Assembly: GCA_002104905.1 (NCBI GenBank)
Contig: MCFE01000209.1
Location: 1 to 64,000 of the forward strand
Source: Basidiobolus meristosporus CBS 931.73
Taxonomy: Eukaryota; Fungi; Basidiobolomycota
Length of the DNA: 64,000 nt
Direction: 5' to 3'
A model generated the notes under the pieces. The model made no database searches. It was not told the DNA's origin and worked only from the letters and a program-made list of their open reading frames with translations. How positions within the stretch are numbered: position 1 is the stretch's first letter; every line of letters starts with the position of its first letter. A program made the translations under genes and the position numbers. Shown piece by piece: positions 50,201 to 62,140 of this stretch.

Positions 50201-51023
50201 TAAGCTCTTTGATCTATCGACTGATTAGCAAAATCCTACCAATTATACCAATGGTATGGGTGCTTACCTGAACAGGCTTAAGATCTTGAAGTGCTGGGTT
50301 GAGGGCTGGGCCAAGCCACTTGTAGAGCTCAATGACCAGCTGGGTGCCTTCAGCTCTTACGTTTTTGTCCGCATGGCCAAAAATCTTCGTCAACACTTTA
50401 AGAATAGGCTTGACGTTTACCACTTTTGCACCGTACAATCGAACAATCTCCTTGAGGGCGAAAACCGTGGCGGCCACTATCTTTGGTACTTTACTGTCCA
50501 ACCCAGTCATTACACTCTCCACCACTGGGTCAGGAACGTCCACCTCGATATATAGCAGCAACAGTTCCACTGCTTTAGCTTTCGTGCCTGCACGGGTACT
50601 TCCAAAACATTTTTCCACCACCCCTGGGACAACACTCTCTCTGGTTCTATAGGGGAAATGGAGTGTTACTGTGTGAGCGTCATAGAAAGGGGTTGCGCTG
50701 CTGAAAGGAGGTCTTACCTGGTAGGTGTAGGGGCGTTTTCAACGTAAGCAGTCACTGCAGTTAGACCAGCCTCTTGAGCGGCAACATTGGAGTCGGTAAC
50801 GAATTTTTTGAAGTGCTCACTATATTTGTCAAACTCTGCCTCTTGATCTGTAGTTTTGTACAATTTCGTCAGCTCTTCATAAGCCTCTAAACGAGCTTTC
50901 CAGACCTGGTAAGGGACTGGCGTTAGACAAGGGGCATAAGGCGAGATACGCTGCGCAGGGCTACTTTACCTTATGGATGATTTTTTCCTCAAGTGGTAAG
51001 CTAGAAAAGTCGTTATCGGCCAT
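44206..51023 (-). CDS. STU2: XMAP215/Dis1-family microtubule polymerase (CKAP5/Stu2/Alp14 orthologue), five-TOG type, ~2,186 aa, 5 exons
   Basis: Exons 51023-50970, 50905-50718, 50646-50268, 50213-50096 and 50027-44206 total 6,561 nt in frame. TOG HEAT-A motifs include VWKARLEAY, KWKERKEALE, NWKSRLAAME and NWKVRKEGLD, followed by a fifth TOG (KSKNARTRAECLDEL), basic Pro/Ser-rich linkers and a C-terminal helical domain. Confidence 0.95.
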
Positions 51024-51869
51024 CTTAGATGTTCACGGATAACGAGGGGGTTGCAAAAGGTAGGGGCAGGCCGCTATTCTCAATAGTCTAAGGGGGAATT
51101 GTCAGGAATGGCAAGGAAAACTAGTCGAGAGAATACCAAGAGTTGAGAAACTGGGTGCAACAGACAACAGAGTATGTAGGGTGAAGAACCTGTAGTTGCG
51201 TAGTGTAGCTTGTACAGTTCGGAAGTCAGGTATATGTATAATCCGAAGAGAAATTGGAATCTAAGCAATTGTACTGTGGTTAGAAGAACCAGATGCTGAA
51301 CGAGAAGTAGTTGAAGTACTGACACAAAACAACAATAATATAGACAAAATATCCAGAAGAGTTAACTTGGGTTGGATTGTTGTTTAAGGAGTGAGGTGGA
51401 TTGACTGCTAGAGTGTGTAGAGATCAACAAACCTATGGTGTACAATACGGCATGAAAAAAATAGGGAAGATCCTAATCGATCAGGCTTATAAACAACAAC
51501 AATTCGTAATGCCAATAATTTTGGGATCTTGAAGGATGGCTGTCATCTGTGTGGACATCGATACCAGAATTCTCGGAATTGGCCGCGCTTCCGCAATCCC
51601 CATGATTTCCTACCCCTTTTCTTGATGAATGCTTCTGACGATTGGCTGGCATGTGGTTGCTCATCAGGTTATGCTGTAGGTGTCCGCGTTAAGCAGCATC
51701 TTCAGACATCGCCGCCAAACTAGCCCAAATTCCCCTCCACGCTTAGCCCGTTACCCACAGCAGTCGAGTATCGACCATCGCCTCCAGCATGAACCAAACC
51801 TTGGCAATTCAATTATGAAAATGGGGGAGTTTATTTATCTATTTGGGATCACTTGGATGATTTATACGG

Positions 51870-51908
51870 GATGAGATGAGATGAGATGGGATGGGATGGG
51901 ATGGGATG
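51870..51908 (+). repeat. (ATGAG)3(ATGGG)4 compound microsatellite
   Basis: Perfect pentamer array ~120-160 bp 3' of the monocarboxylate transporter stop. Confidence 0.95.
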
Positions 51909-52030
51909 TCGGGGGAATAATTAGATAGGATGCCATTGATATGTTACAATAATGTACTCGACTCTGAAATTTCATTGAATCAAGCGTCTCCATGAATGTA
52001 GTGAGTGATCAACTCTGAGTGGGTATTGAT

Positions 52031-53377
52031 TTACTGGAAGCCCCATAGAGTACCATACTTGTTGTGCTTGAGGATGACGACGGTGATCGTGCAGAGGAAC
52101 ATGCCTGCCGCGACGTAAGTGATTGCCCAATGATAGGTGTAGTTTGGTGCAGTCATATCATACAGAGCGCCAGCAATGGGTGCCCCCAGGCAGTCGCCAA
52201 TGGCTGTGGAGGCATACAGCGCACCAGCGATAGTGGCAAGGTTCTCAGTACCAAACAACAAGGCCGTGACCACAGGGAAAAGGCTTGGGAAGGCACCGCC
52301 AAGGAAGCCGTACACGATCATGTAGACAATCAACGGCGCGACTGTGGTGGAGAACATCCACAGGAATGAGAATGCTCCGGCCAAGAAGAGGGAAATACCA
52401 AGAACGTTCATGCACCCTAGCTTATCGGCAATGAACCCAGTACCAATACGACCAGCAGCGGAAGCGGCATTAGCGCAAGCGACCAACATGGCGCCTTGAT
52501 TGGCGCTCAAACCAACGAACACCGCGTAGGATGGCATGTAGAAGAAGGGAACAAGGTAAGAGAAGCCGGTGAAAAGGCCAGTAGCGAAAAAGATCCAAAA
52601 CTTGTAGGTTTTGAAGAAGTCAAAGCGAGCAGTGTCCTTCTCGGTCTGTTTCTTGGGGAATGATCTTCTCTTTACAAGTAGCGAAGCAATGGCCAAGAAG
52701 ACAAGCGCATACAATGCCAACACGCGCAAGGCCCATCTAAACCCTAACTTGTCGATCAATGCCTGGGTAATTGGGCTGAGGACTAGCCCGCCGATTCCAG
52801 AGCCAGATACTGTTAGGCCGGTGGCAAGTCCCCTCTTCTCTTTGAACCACTGGGGCGGGGCGCTGATCGCCGGGGGATAGCAGAGAGAGGCGCCCAAACC
52901 GTAGAGCACACCCTGGGTAAGAATGAGCTGCCACACTTCGGTACAAAAGGAGGCAATGACCAAACCGACGACCAAAATACACGCACCAATGGTGATGGTT
53001 GTTCTGTAACCAAAGCGATCAGCCAGGTTTCCGGTGACCAGAGTCGAGAATGCCAGAACACCAGCACCTATGGTGCCAATCAAAGATACGGTGGATGGAC
53101 TGGTGCCTGCGAAGACTACGTTTGTGTAATGCTCCTGAAAGATGCCAAATGTCGTTTGAATACCAAATGCGACAAGGTGGATGAAGAGGCCACCTAAAAC
53201 CACCAGCCAGCCACGGCCGCCCTCCGGATAGGTCTCTTCTAATTCGACAAGGGCCTTTTCATTGTCTTGCGACTTGACCACATCGGGATCTACCACCAAT
53301 GTAGAGACTGATCTGCTGTTGTTGGAGTTGTGGAGAAATGTCGGAGAGTTTTGGCTTTCGGATGAATCCATGTACAC
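52031..53377 (-). CDS. MFS monocarboxylate-transporter family (Mch-like), 448 aa, intronless
   Basis: YPEGGRGWLVVLG, FGIFQEHY, ADRFGYR, QWFKEKRGLATG..GSGIGG, GRIGTGFIADKLG and about 12 hydrophobic segments. Confidence 0.92.
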   Translation of the reverse strand: MYMDSSESQNSPTFLHNSNNSRSVSTLVVDPDVVKSQDNEKALVELEETYPEGGRGWLVVLGGLFIHLVAFGIQTTFGIFQEHYTNVVFAGTSPSTVSLIGTIGAGVLAFSTLVTGNLADRFGYRTTITIGACILVVGLVIASFCTEVWQLILTQGVLYGLGASLCYPPAISAPPQWFKEKRGLATGLTVSGSGIGGLVLSPITQALIDKLGFRWALRVLALYALVFLAIASLLVKRRSFPKKQTEKDTARFDFFKTYKFWIFFATGLFTGFSYLVPFFYMPSYAVFVGLSANQGAMLVACANAASAAGRIGTGFIADKLGCMNVLGISLFLAGAFSFLWMFSTTVAPLIVYMIVYGFLGGAFPSLFPVVTALLFGTENLATIAGALYASTAIGDCLGAPIAGALYDMTAPNYTYHWAITYVAAGMFLCTITVVILKHNKYGTLWGFQ

Positions 53378-54828
53378 TGATGCAAATGCTAGTAAAAAGT
53401 GCCGTTCTGCTCTACAGATGGAGGGTACTTATATATTTTTGACATCGACGGATTTCCACCTTATTTTGTTGAGGAAAAGCTCCTTTTAGCTGATGACTTC
53501 GCCAACACAATAACCATTTGAGTTTATGTTAATTTGGTGCTCTTTTTGGAAATCATCAAGCTGATTTATTGATCATTTTAGTCATTTTCCATCATTCAAC
53601 CACTTCCAATCTCATTGGCCAATCACTATATCCTCTTCAGGGCCCATTTACCGATACAGGCTGGAAACATCTTACCAATTCGGAGAGATGCGCCCCATCT
53701 TTTGGGCTCATCTGATGGTGCACCTAACAACCTGGCGAGACGGTAGGTAGGAACTGAGAAGAGAGAGGTGCGGGGAAGGGATGTCGAGTAAGCGTTGACT
53801 ATCATATCATGTCGTGTGGAGCTATTCCGAGTGCAGCATATAGCGCTCGCGCATTGATGTGCATGATGGGCGTCTCATAGCTGATACAGAAGCTGTTCCA
53901 GTGTTTTCTGTGTTTTCGTGGCTATTAACTGCCGAGTGATTGGTTGATTTTCGTGAGAGATAAGATGGAATTCAGGGTACGGTCCCTAATTCCATCGAAC
54001 TTTCACACATCTAATAAGGCTCCGATAAGACATGTAACGGCAAATCGTTGGAAGATCTATCGAAATCAATTCTTCCGTATCTGCTTCACAACCCATTAAT
54101 TCCCAAAATCGCCTGTGGTTCGCCAGTGCAACCTTTGAATTGCCTTGACCTAGGTTCCGACTGATCGACGTAATCTCAGCAATCCTTTTCATCAGTGCAC
54201 ATGTAATATTGGGCTGGTCTAGTATCCTGATGAATTATGTAGTGTGCAGAGCATCCGGAAAATGCCCGCCTGTCTAGGTTGTGCCATTTCTCATGACCCA
54301 TCATTTTCGCACACCAGAGGGTGCTCGTTTTGGAGGCTCTATTGCCTTTTTTGAATCGGTTGATAGTATTACGTGATAGTTAGTCTAATCATCCAAACAA
54401 CCCAATCTGTACGTGTGGGTAGGTTGGTAAATATTGATGAATAAAGACGCCAGTCCTGCAAATTTGATCGATCAAGATGGTAACATGGGTAACAATCATG
54501 GCTTCGTACACACATACACTATACTGGACTGTGTATAGATACTTTTCAAGTCTTCTTGTCGGTGGCAAGGCAGCAAGGACGTCGCTAAACAGCTCACCGA
54601 GGTTAACGCTGACGTGTGTGATGTATACGGACTCACCATGGCCATCCAGCTAGTTGTGCTTGGGGCCTTTCAAATTCAAATCCGACGGGTCGTATCGATT
54701 GCGGTTTGGGGACTGCACGAGCACTAGTTGTACAGTAGTCACTCTCCGTTCTGAAACCTTGGAGGAACCACTAAGCGCCTGGCAAACCAACTGATCTTGC
54801 TTGTTCACCGAGCTAGCGTCCGACCCAA

Positions 54829-55570
54829 CTATCGGAAGCTGACAGCTCCGTCAAAGTCAATTTCAACTAGCATGAAACCACTATCCATATATTCTCTTAC
54901 ATCTTCGCCACGAGCAAGGAATCTGGATAGACGCCAAGCAGTCATCCAGTTTCCCACACTCTGATTGAACCGTTTGAAGTAATCGAGTAATCTCCGATTT
55001 AGCATATATCCGCACACCACATAACTATATTGGGTGAATCCTAGAAACGCTCTGGGATGATGCATCCCGAGGCCCATATTAGGCCAGCCCAATGAGTAAT
55101 TATTACTAGATTCAAAAATGAATCACTTACGTAGGAAAGTGATCAATAGAACTTCAGCGAGTATCGAAGAACCTTCGAAAGAATCCAACCAGTACTTCGC
55201 TAATATACAAGTAATGGCATTCGGATCGGTGTCGACACTCTGGAAGCCACAATATTCCTGAAATCATACGAAGCACACTCATCCGTTGTTGTCATGATAG
55301 GGGGGCATTTCCAAAGCCTGTTTCCATTTAGGTCATTCAACAAAGGGCAGTCTCAATGCTTCGCTTGATGATCTTCTACTGCTTTTTCATATGGTAATAT
55401 CGTAGCCAAACTGACCAACGATCATGGTGTATCGGGGATCGCATAGCTCAGTGAATATGGTTAATGTCGGTAAGCATCATTCTACAGCTTCCACCAGGGC
55501 CATAGCCGAAATTTGCTTGGTGACGCGCTCACCGGGTCCGGAAAATCCTCTGCCACGGAACTGGCTATAT
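54829..55570 (-). pseudogene. Possible degraded spliced gene of unknown function
   Basis: Two protein-like blocks with internal stops (…FQEYCGFQSVDTDPNAITCILAKYWLD… and …FLGFTQYSYVVCGYMLNRRLLDYF…) are separated by a GTAAGT-started AT-rich segment near 55130. No family recognised. Confidence 0.25.
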
Positions 55571-56349
55571 TAAAATTGGTTTAATCTAACGATGCCAAAA
55601 TCGTTCCCGTCGTGTCCGCTCCATGCTCCATTGCAATCCTTCATTCAAAGTAAGGCGTCATGCCCGAGGAGATCAGCTGATTGGGTGCGGAGGTTCCGGC
55701 CGTTTGGGTTGCGTTATAGGGTGCGTTTTGATCTCACGAGCTCGGCCGCAATTCATTTGATGCGATGTTGCCTCGCTGCGCCCTTATCAACGGTAGCCAC
55801 CAAGAATAACTACCCCGAGAAATGGGATTTCATCGCAGGATGGAAAATGGATGAACGAGTGATGTGGGAAAATAGCAACTAAATTGGACTAGAGGCCAGA
55901 TCGTCAATCATTCATGAAAATGATCTGGTTATTCGTGCTGATGAAACGGCGATCCGCCATTGTACTAAGCATTACTAAGCATCTGGGTAAGTTGGTCAGG
56001 CGCATGCACTCAAAGGGAGGCATGGTGCTGCTCTTGAAACAATGGTGTGCTTTCTGACATCCATTTTGTCCGAGGTTTCCTTTGTTCTCCTTCGAGATGA
56101 ATAAATCAATAGCCATCTCACTCACTGGTTTCCAAGTTTAAGAGGAAGAGCAGGATGACTGGATGGAGGCGTATCCCACGAGGGCGAAAAGCTGGATAAA
56201 GATTGATTTGCACCAGGTGTGTTGGGAAGAAGTATAAATTGGCGTAATCGAATCGCTTTGCTCACTGACATCCCACCAACAATGCTTCACCGTTACTCCT
56301 CCATCTCAACCTTGGCTCTTGGTAATGCAAAATCCCAGAAACTCCGTTT

Positions 56350-57809
56350 GACAGCAACATAATTGAATCCCAATATGCAGATAGGCTTACATTCCATCAT
56401 TCAGCATTCTTTTTTAGAGCTATCACTCTGCAGGACATACATATAAGGCTGAGGTGAGCCAAAGGGCATCACAAACTCACCTGACTCAGTTTGCACAAGG
56501 TGAAAAGTGCAGCTAGGTGCTATTGTAGAAGTGTCAAGTGGCATGCAAGATCCTGTTGGTACAGTAGTGCCTGATGAATGCTCAGATATGACTTTTGTGG
56601 CAAGACACTGGCCATGATCTTGTAGTACATCCTATGCTGTTGGCATGCTTCATGACTGAGAGGCTTGTTATAGTAGTGCATGGTCATTTTCTCTTTGCTT
56701 ACAGCATTGAATCAAAGTAGTCTTGTCTAAAGGACTAACACCCTGACACTCAGCAACATAACTCTCTTATATCACTTTTTTGTCAATACTAATATGAGTT
56801 TAAGGCAGTTTTGTATTTGTGGAATTGCATCTATAGGAATGTAAGATCAATGGCAACCCACCACAGTAAGTATTATAAATAAAGTTGTGGCACCACATAC
56901 ACATACAAATGTGTCACTACTTCCCCTTTGATTTAACTCACTTATATATATATGTTAACAAGAGATAAAGCAATGTTGTCTGGTTCCCAACCAAACTCCA
57001 CTGCTGACAACAGCAGAAGATTGGTTGGACAAGAGCCTGCTCTAACATACAGTACAACAAACAAGGCTACATCCAAAAAAGGCCATGCTGACAGTATGCC
57101 CACTGAAGCTAATAATGTGGACTTCTCAGACTCTCAGTCAAGTAGGCAACTGGAAATATCTGTAGAGCCACAAGCTGGCCATACTGCTTGGGCAGATGAA
57201 GATGCAGCAAACATAGTATTTCTGGTGGAAGACTAGCAAATTGCTGTCAGCTGATCCCTAAGTCCCTATGAAAATAATTTGGTCCACAGGTGGATCCAAT
57301 CCAGATTGGCTGTCAGGATCCTGTTTAGAGACCATCATAATACCAGCAGCTTGGAATTAGTGACACTCAGTAATTGTATGAGAGGATCACAACAGTGTCT
57401 TGCAAATTTTACTGCCAAATAAAGTTATAAAACTTGACAAGATTTGATTGGTGCTATGACAATAATTGCATGGCATTGTTGCGGTCTTAATGTGCTCTAC
57501 AACTGTTTCAAATGGATCCAACCAGCCAGGACATCCAATTGCCTTATATGGCAAAAATCTTGACGGTATTTCAACAGCCTCATGGTAAGACTCTGATGGT
57601 ACTATAATGGCAGTATGGTGGCCAACTGCTAGTTCTGTATAATGCAACCGTACCAATTTACCAAATGGTATTTCCTTTTTCTACCTCCCCTTGTGCAATT
57701 CATATATTCCACAGTAGAATCACCCCTCTTTATTTGCTTACCCACTACTACCTTGGGTATTCCACATATATGTCAAATTAAAAAATAATATGGCCTCCAG
57801 CCTACTAAC
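56350..57809. other. CpG-depleted, degenerate repeat-derived DNA
   Basis: I found no CG dinucleotide between ~56350 and ~57480, and TG/CA are abundant. No intact ORF or recognisable family. Confidence 0.55.
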
Positions 57810-58158
57810 TGTTGTAAAAATTTGTATTTCCACCTAAATAATCCACTAGCTTAGTTGCTTAGATCATTACACTCAAATCCTAGAGAATACTGACCAAATT
57901 CCTTGTCGGGATTTACTTAGAATATTTTCACCAAAATACCAGGTACCCAGAACATGAAAATTCTCAAAGTTGTCCAAACAGCCCCAAACTTTGCACACAT
58001 GTTCTTGGGACCTTCCTTAACCTATTCTACGTGTTTGTAATGCCAAGACCAGGTAAAAGTATAAATACTACTTTTACATTCAATAAATCATTAAGTGAAA
58101 ACCACATAATCTACTTGTTCTCCCAATCACTTCCAATATCTCCAAGACTCTTACAACA
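57810..58158 (+). repeat. 5' LTR (349 bp)
   Basis: TGTTGTAA...TTACAACA. Contains TATAAATA and AATAAA. 11 mismatches to the 3' LTR counted by eye. Confidence 0.97.
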
Positions 58159-58170
58159 GGTTATGAGCCC
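58159..58170 (+). promoter_or_regulatory. Primer-binding site GGTTATGAGCCC (tRNA-iMet anticodon-stem / half-tRNA type)
   Basis: Directly abuts the 5' LTR. Matches the copia/Ty5-type PBS rather than the TGGTATCAGAGC 3'-end type. Confidence 0.85.
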
Positions 58171-61100
58171 CAAGCTGTCACTCACTGCAATGTCTACTAC
58201 TGCTATTACTGGAATTTTTCCCTCTGCTGAAAAGTTGGATGGATCTAACTACCAAGTGTGGAAGGTGAAGATGAAGATGCTGCTACAAGAAAGAGGCCTT
58301 TGCAATATTGTCATGGGAGAAGAATGCCCTCCTAAAAACGTGGGAGAGGAAGCCTTAAAGTACCAGAAGAGAGAACAAAGTGCCTTTAACTGCATTTGCC
58401 TTAATGTCAAGGACAAATTGCTAATTCAATGCTCAAGAGCAAAAATGGCAAAGAATGCCTGGAAGGCATTAGAAGACACCTACCAGTCATGTTCATCTGC
58501 CAAGAAATGTATCTGAGACAAAATTCTTTACTACAAAGATGCTGCCAGGAGAAGAAATGAGAAATCTAATTAACAGAATTACACTGCTGGTAGATGAGAT
58601 GGAATCTGTGGGCATACCAACTACTGATGAGGATGTGATAGTTACCATCCTGAATAGCTTGACAGACAAGTTTCAGGGCCTTGTATCAGCCCTAGAGTCC
58701 AGAACTGAAGATTTGACCTTAAATTACATATATGGAAGGCTCCTGGATGAAGAATTAAGAAAATCAAGCACTAATAAGAAGGAAAAAGAAAATGCTTTAA
58801 TAAGCAATGATAACCAACAAAGGAGGAACCCAAGACCCTACAAAGGCAACAGCAAGCTGTTTTGTAACTACTGCAAAAGGAAAGGACACACATCAGACTG
58901 GTGTCTCAAAAGAAAGATAATCAGCAAAAGAAGCCTGAATATGGAAATGCTGCAACAACTGAAGATAGACTGTTCATATCTGCACTAAATATGACCACAA
59001 ACAAGGATTCTCAGATGTGGTATATTGACTCTGGAGCATCTCAACACTTTACACACCAAAAAGAACTTTTTACCCAATATCAAGAAATTCCAATTAAGAA
59101 GGTTTTCATGGGTGACAATAGAACACTTGATGCAGTGGGAGAAGGAACTATCCAAGTAAACCTTAGAAGCAGTGAAGGAAGCCATACACTGACCTTTAAG
59201 GAAGTACTCTATTTACCAGAAATAGCCAAGAACCTACTCTCTGTAAGCAAGGCCACAGCAGAAGGACTCAGTTTCAGTTTTGACAATTCTGGATGCAGGA
59301 TCACTGATCAAAATGGTGCTCATATTGCTTTGGGCATCAGAGATCAGAATCTATACAAGTTGACTTATATTCCATCATATCTGGAAGCCAATATAAGTAA
59401 CTTAAATGAAGAAACACCAATGCTTTGGCATAGGAGATTTGGACACATGAATTTTGATTATTTGCGTAAAATGATCAAAGATCAGCTAATTTCTTGAGTG
59501 AAAATTGATCCCCCAGCTAATTTGGAGCACTGTGAAGCCTGCATATATGGGAAACAAGCCAGACAACTGTTCAAGAGCTCTGGGTTAACAAAAACTAAGA
59601 AAAAATTAAATCTTATTCACTCAGATCTGTGTGGACCTATGCAAAATTTATCCTTAGGTGGGATAAAGTATTTAATCACTTTTATTGATGATTATACAAG
59701 ATACACATGGGTCTACTTCATGGAGAGAAAGGAAGAAGCTCTGTCAAAGTTCAGGGAGTTTAAAGCCATGGTGAAGAGAGAAACTGGTGAAAAAATCAAG
59801 AAAATACGCTCTGACAATAGTGGAGAATATACCTCAAAAGTCTTCATCCACTTCTGCAAAATTCATGGGATAAAGCAAGAGACTACTGTACCATACTCCC
59901 CACAGCAAAATGGAGTAGCAGAACAAGCTAACAGATCAATAATTGATATGGCAAGATCTATGATCCATGATCAAAAATTATCCTATGATTTTTGGGCAGA
60001 ATCAGTTGCCACTGCTGTATACCTTAAAAATAGGAGTTATAACAGAATACTATGTGATTCTACTCCATTTGAAGCATGGCATGGATACAGACCAAGTGCA
60101 GAACATCTAAGAATATTTGGGTGTACAGCATATGCCAAAAAACTGGCCAGAAATCAGTCAAAATTTGAGCCAAAAAGTGCAAAATGCATATTTTTGGGCT
60201 ACTGCAATGGGAGTAAGGCATACAGACTCTACAATACCAAAGCAAAGAAGCTGATCAAGTCCAGGGATGTGTTGTTTGATGAAAATTCAAATTTTCACAA
60301 AAAATGACATCAGATGATGACAAAAATTTGATCTCAAGTCCACCAATTGTCAGGATTGAATCAGAGCAAAACAATGAAATTTTTTTCACTCCAGAGGACT
60401 CTTCACCCGTGGTTCAGCCAGAATCAGTGCCCAGGAATATCCCAGAAGTGATCATTCCAGTATCAAATGCCTGGAGATCCAATCAGACAAGAAATAGCCC
60501 AAATTACTATATCAATGAGGGTACAAACTTAGCCTATGCCTATTCAGTCCATATTGATGAGCCCCAGACTGTAAAAGAGGCCCTAAATAGCCCTCAGACA
60601 AAGTTTTGGAGATCTGCAATGACTGAGGAATATCAGGCCCTGATGGAAAATCAAACTTGGGACTTAGTCAAATTACCAATCAACCAAAAATCAATTGGAT
60701 GCAGATGGGTCTTCAAGACAAAATACAAGGCTGATGGTACAACTGAAAGATACAAAGCAAGACTTGTAGCCAAAGGATACTCTCAAACTAAAGGACTTGA
60801 CTATACTGAGACCTTTGCACCGGTAGCCAAGTTTAGTTCCATCAGATTAATATTGACTATTGCAGCCAAATATAAGTTTTTTATTCATCAAATGGATGAA
60901 AAAATTGCATTTTTGAATGGAGAACCTGATGAGGACATGTATATGGACCAGCCTGATGGGTTTGTTGATCAAGATAGCCCCCATTTGGTCTGCAAGCATA
61001 AAAAGTCACTATATGGTCTCAAACAATCACCAAGAGCTTGGAATTGCAAGATAGATTCTTATTTGGAATCTTTGAGTTTCAAAGAAGTAATGCTGACTAT

Positions 61101-62140
61101 AGTATATGCTATAAGCCAGATAGAGCAAATCCAGTTCTATTAGCTCTATATGTGGATGATCTTATTATAGCCACCAACAACCTAGAAACATTGGAAGAGA
61201 CTAAATCCAGCCTATCTAAGGAGTTCAAGATGTCCAATCTAGGAGAACTTAGTTACTACTTAGGGATTATGTTCTCCATAGACAGAGGTACCCAGACCAT
61301 CACCCTAAGCCAATCCAAGTATATTCAAGATATACTAAAGAAGTACCAAATGGAAGACTGTAAACCGGCAGCTACCCCAATGGAGACAAACCTTAACTTG
61401 GTCAAAACTCAACCAAATCAAGAGAGCTTGGTGCCATCTGAAAGCCCTGACTTTCCTTATCAATCTATGGCCGGCAGTCTGATGTATATTATGCTTGGAA
61501 CACGTCCAGATATCTCATATTCAGTGAGAGTTGTCAGCCAACATAATCAGAACTATGGATCTGATCATACTGCAGCAGTTAAGCGGATTTTTAGATACCT
61601 AAAAGGAACTGCTGATATCTGCTTAAGATAAACTTTAAAGGACTCAGAACAAGATCTTGTGGGATACTCTGATGCAGATTGGGGACAAAATTTAGAAGAC
61701 AGAAGATCCACCACAGGATACACCTTTCTTTAGTGTAAAGGAGCAATTTCATGGAATTCAAGAAAGCAACCAACCATAGCACTTTCCACCACAGAGGCAG
61801 AGTATATGGCAGCCTGTGAATCTACAAAAGAAGCAATGTGGTTAAGAAAGCTTTTTGCAGATTTAGACCTATGTCAAAAAATGCCTATTACTTTATTTCA
61901 AGATAATCAAGGATGTATACAATTAGGTAGAAATCCAACTTTTCATGCTAGAACCAAGCACATAGATATTGGACATCATTTCATACGTGAAGATATAGAG
62001 AATAACTTAGTTAGCTTAGTTTACTGTCCTACAGATGAAATGATTGCAGACATATTTACCAAACCATTAGCTAGAGACAAGTTTGAATATCTTAGGTCAA
62101 AATTAGGACTAGTCAGTATGAGCATTTAGCTGAGTGGGAG

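Noticed and set aside
44271-50652. Many 60-216 aa plus-strand ORFs over XMAP215, and similar antisense ORFs over the NRPS, MFS and LIS1 genes
   Set aside because: These are shadow ORFs of long coding sequences with no recognisable motifs. The duplicated ones merely mirror the module 3/4 repeat.
56952-57236. 94-aa ORF as a host gene or LINE ORF1 fragment
   Set aside because: Low complexity, lies in CpG-free degenerate DNA, and has no diagnostic motif beyond a weak WAD.
58031-58189. N-terminal extension of gag, and ORFs 62248-62493 and 2689-2922
   Set aside because: The first two lie inside LTR sequence and the gag-like text starts at ATG 58190. The third is in degenerate CpG-depleted DNA with a non-ATG start.
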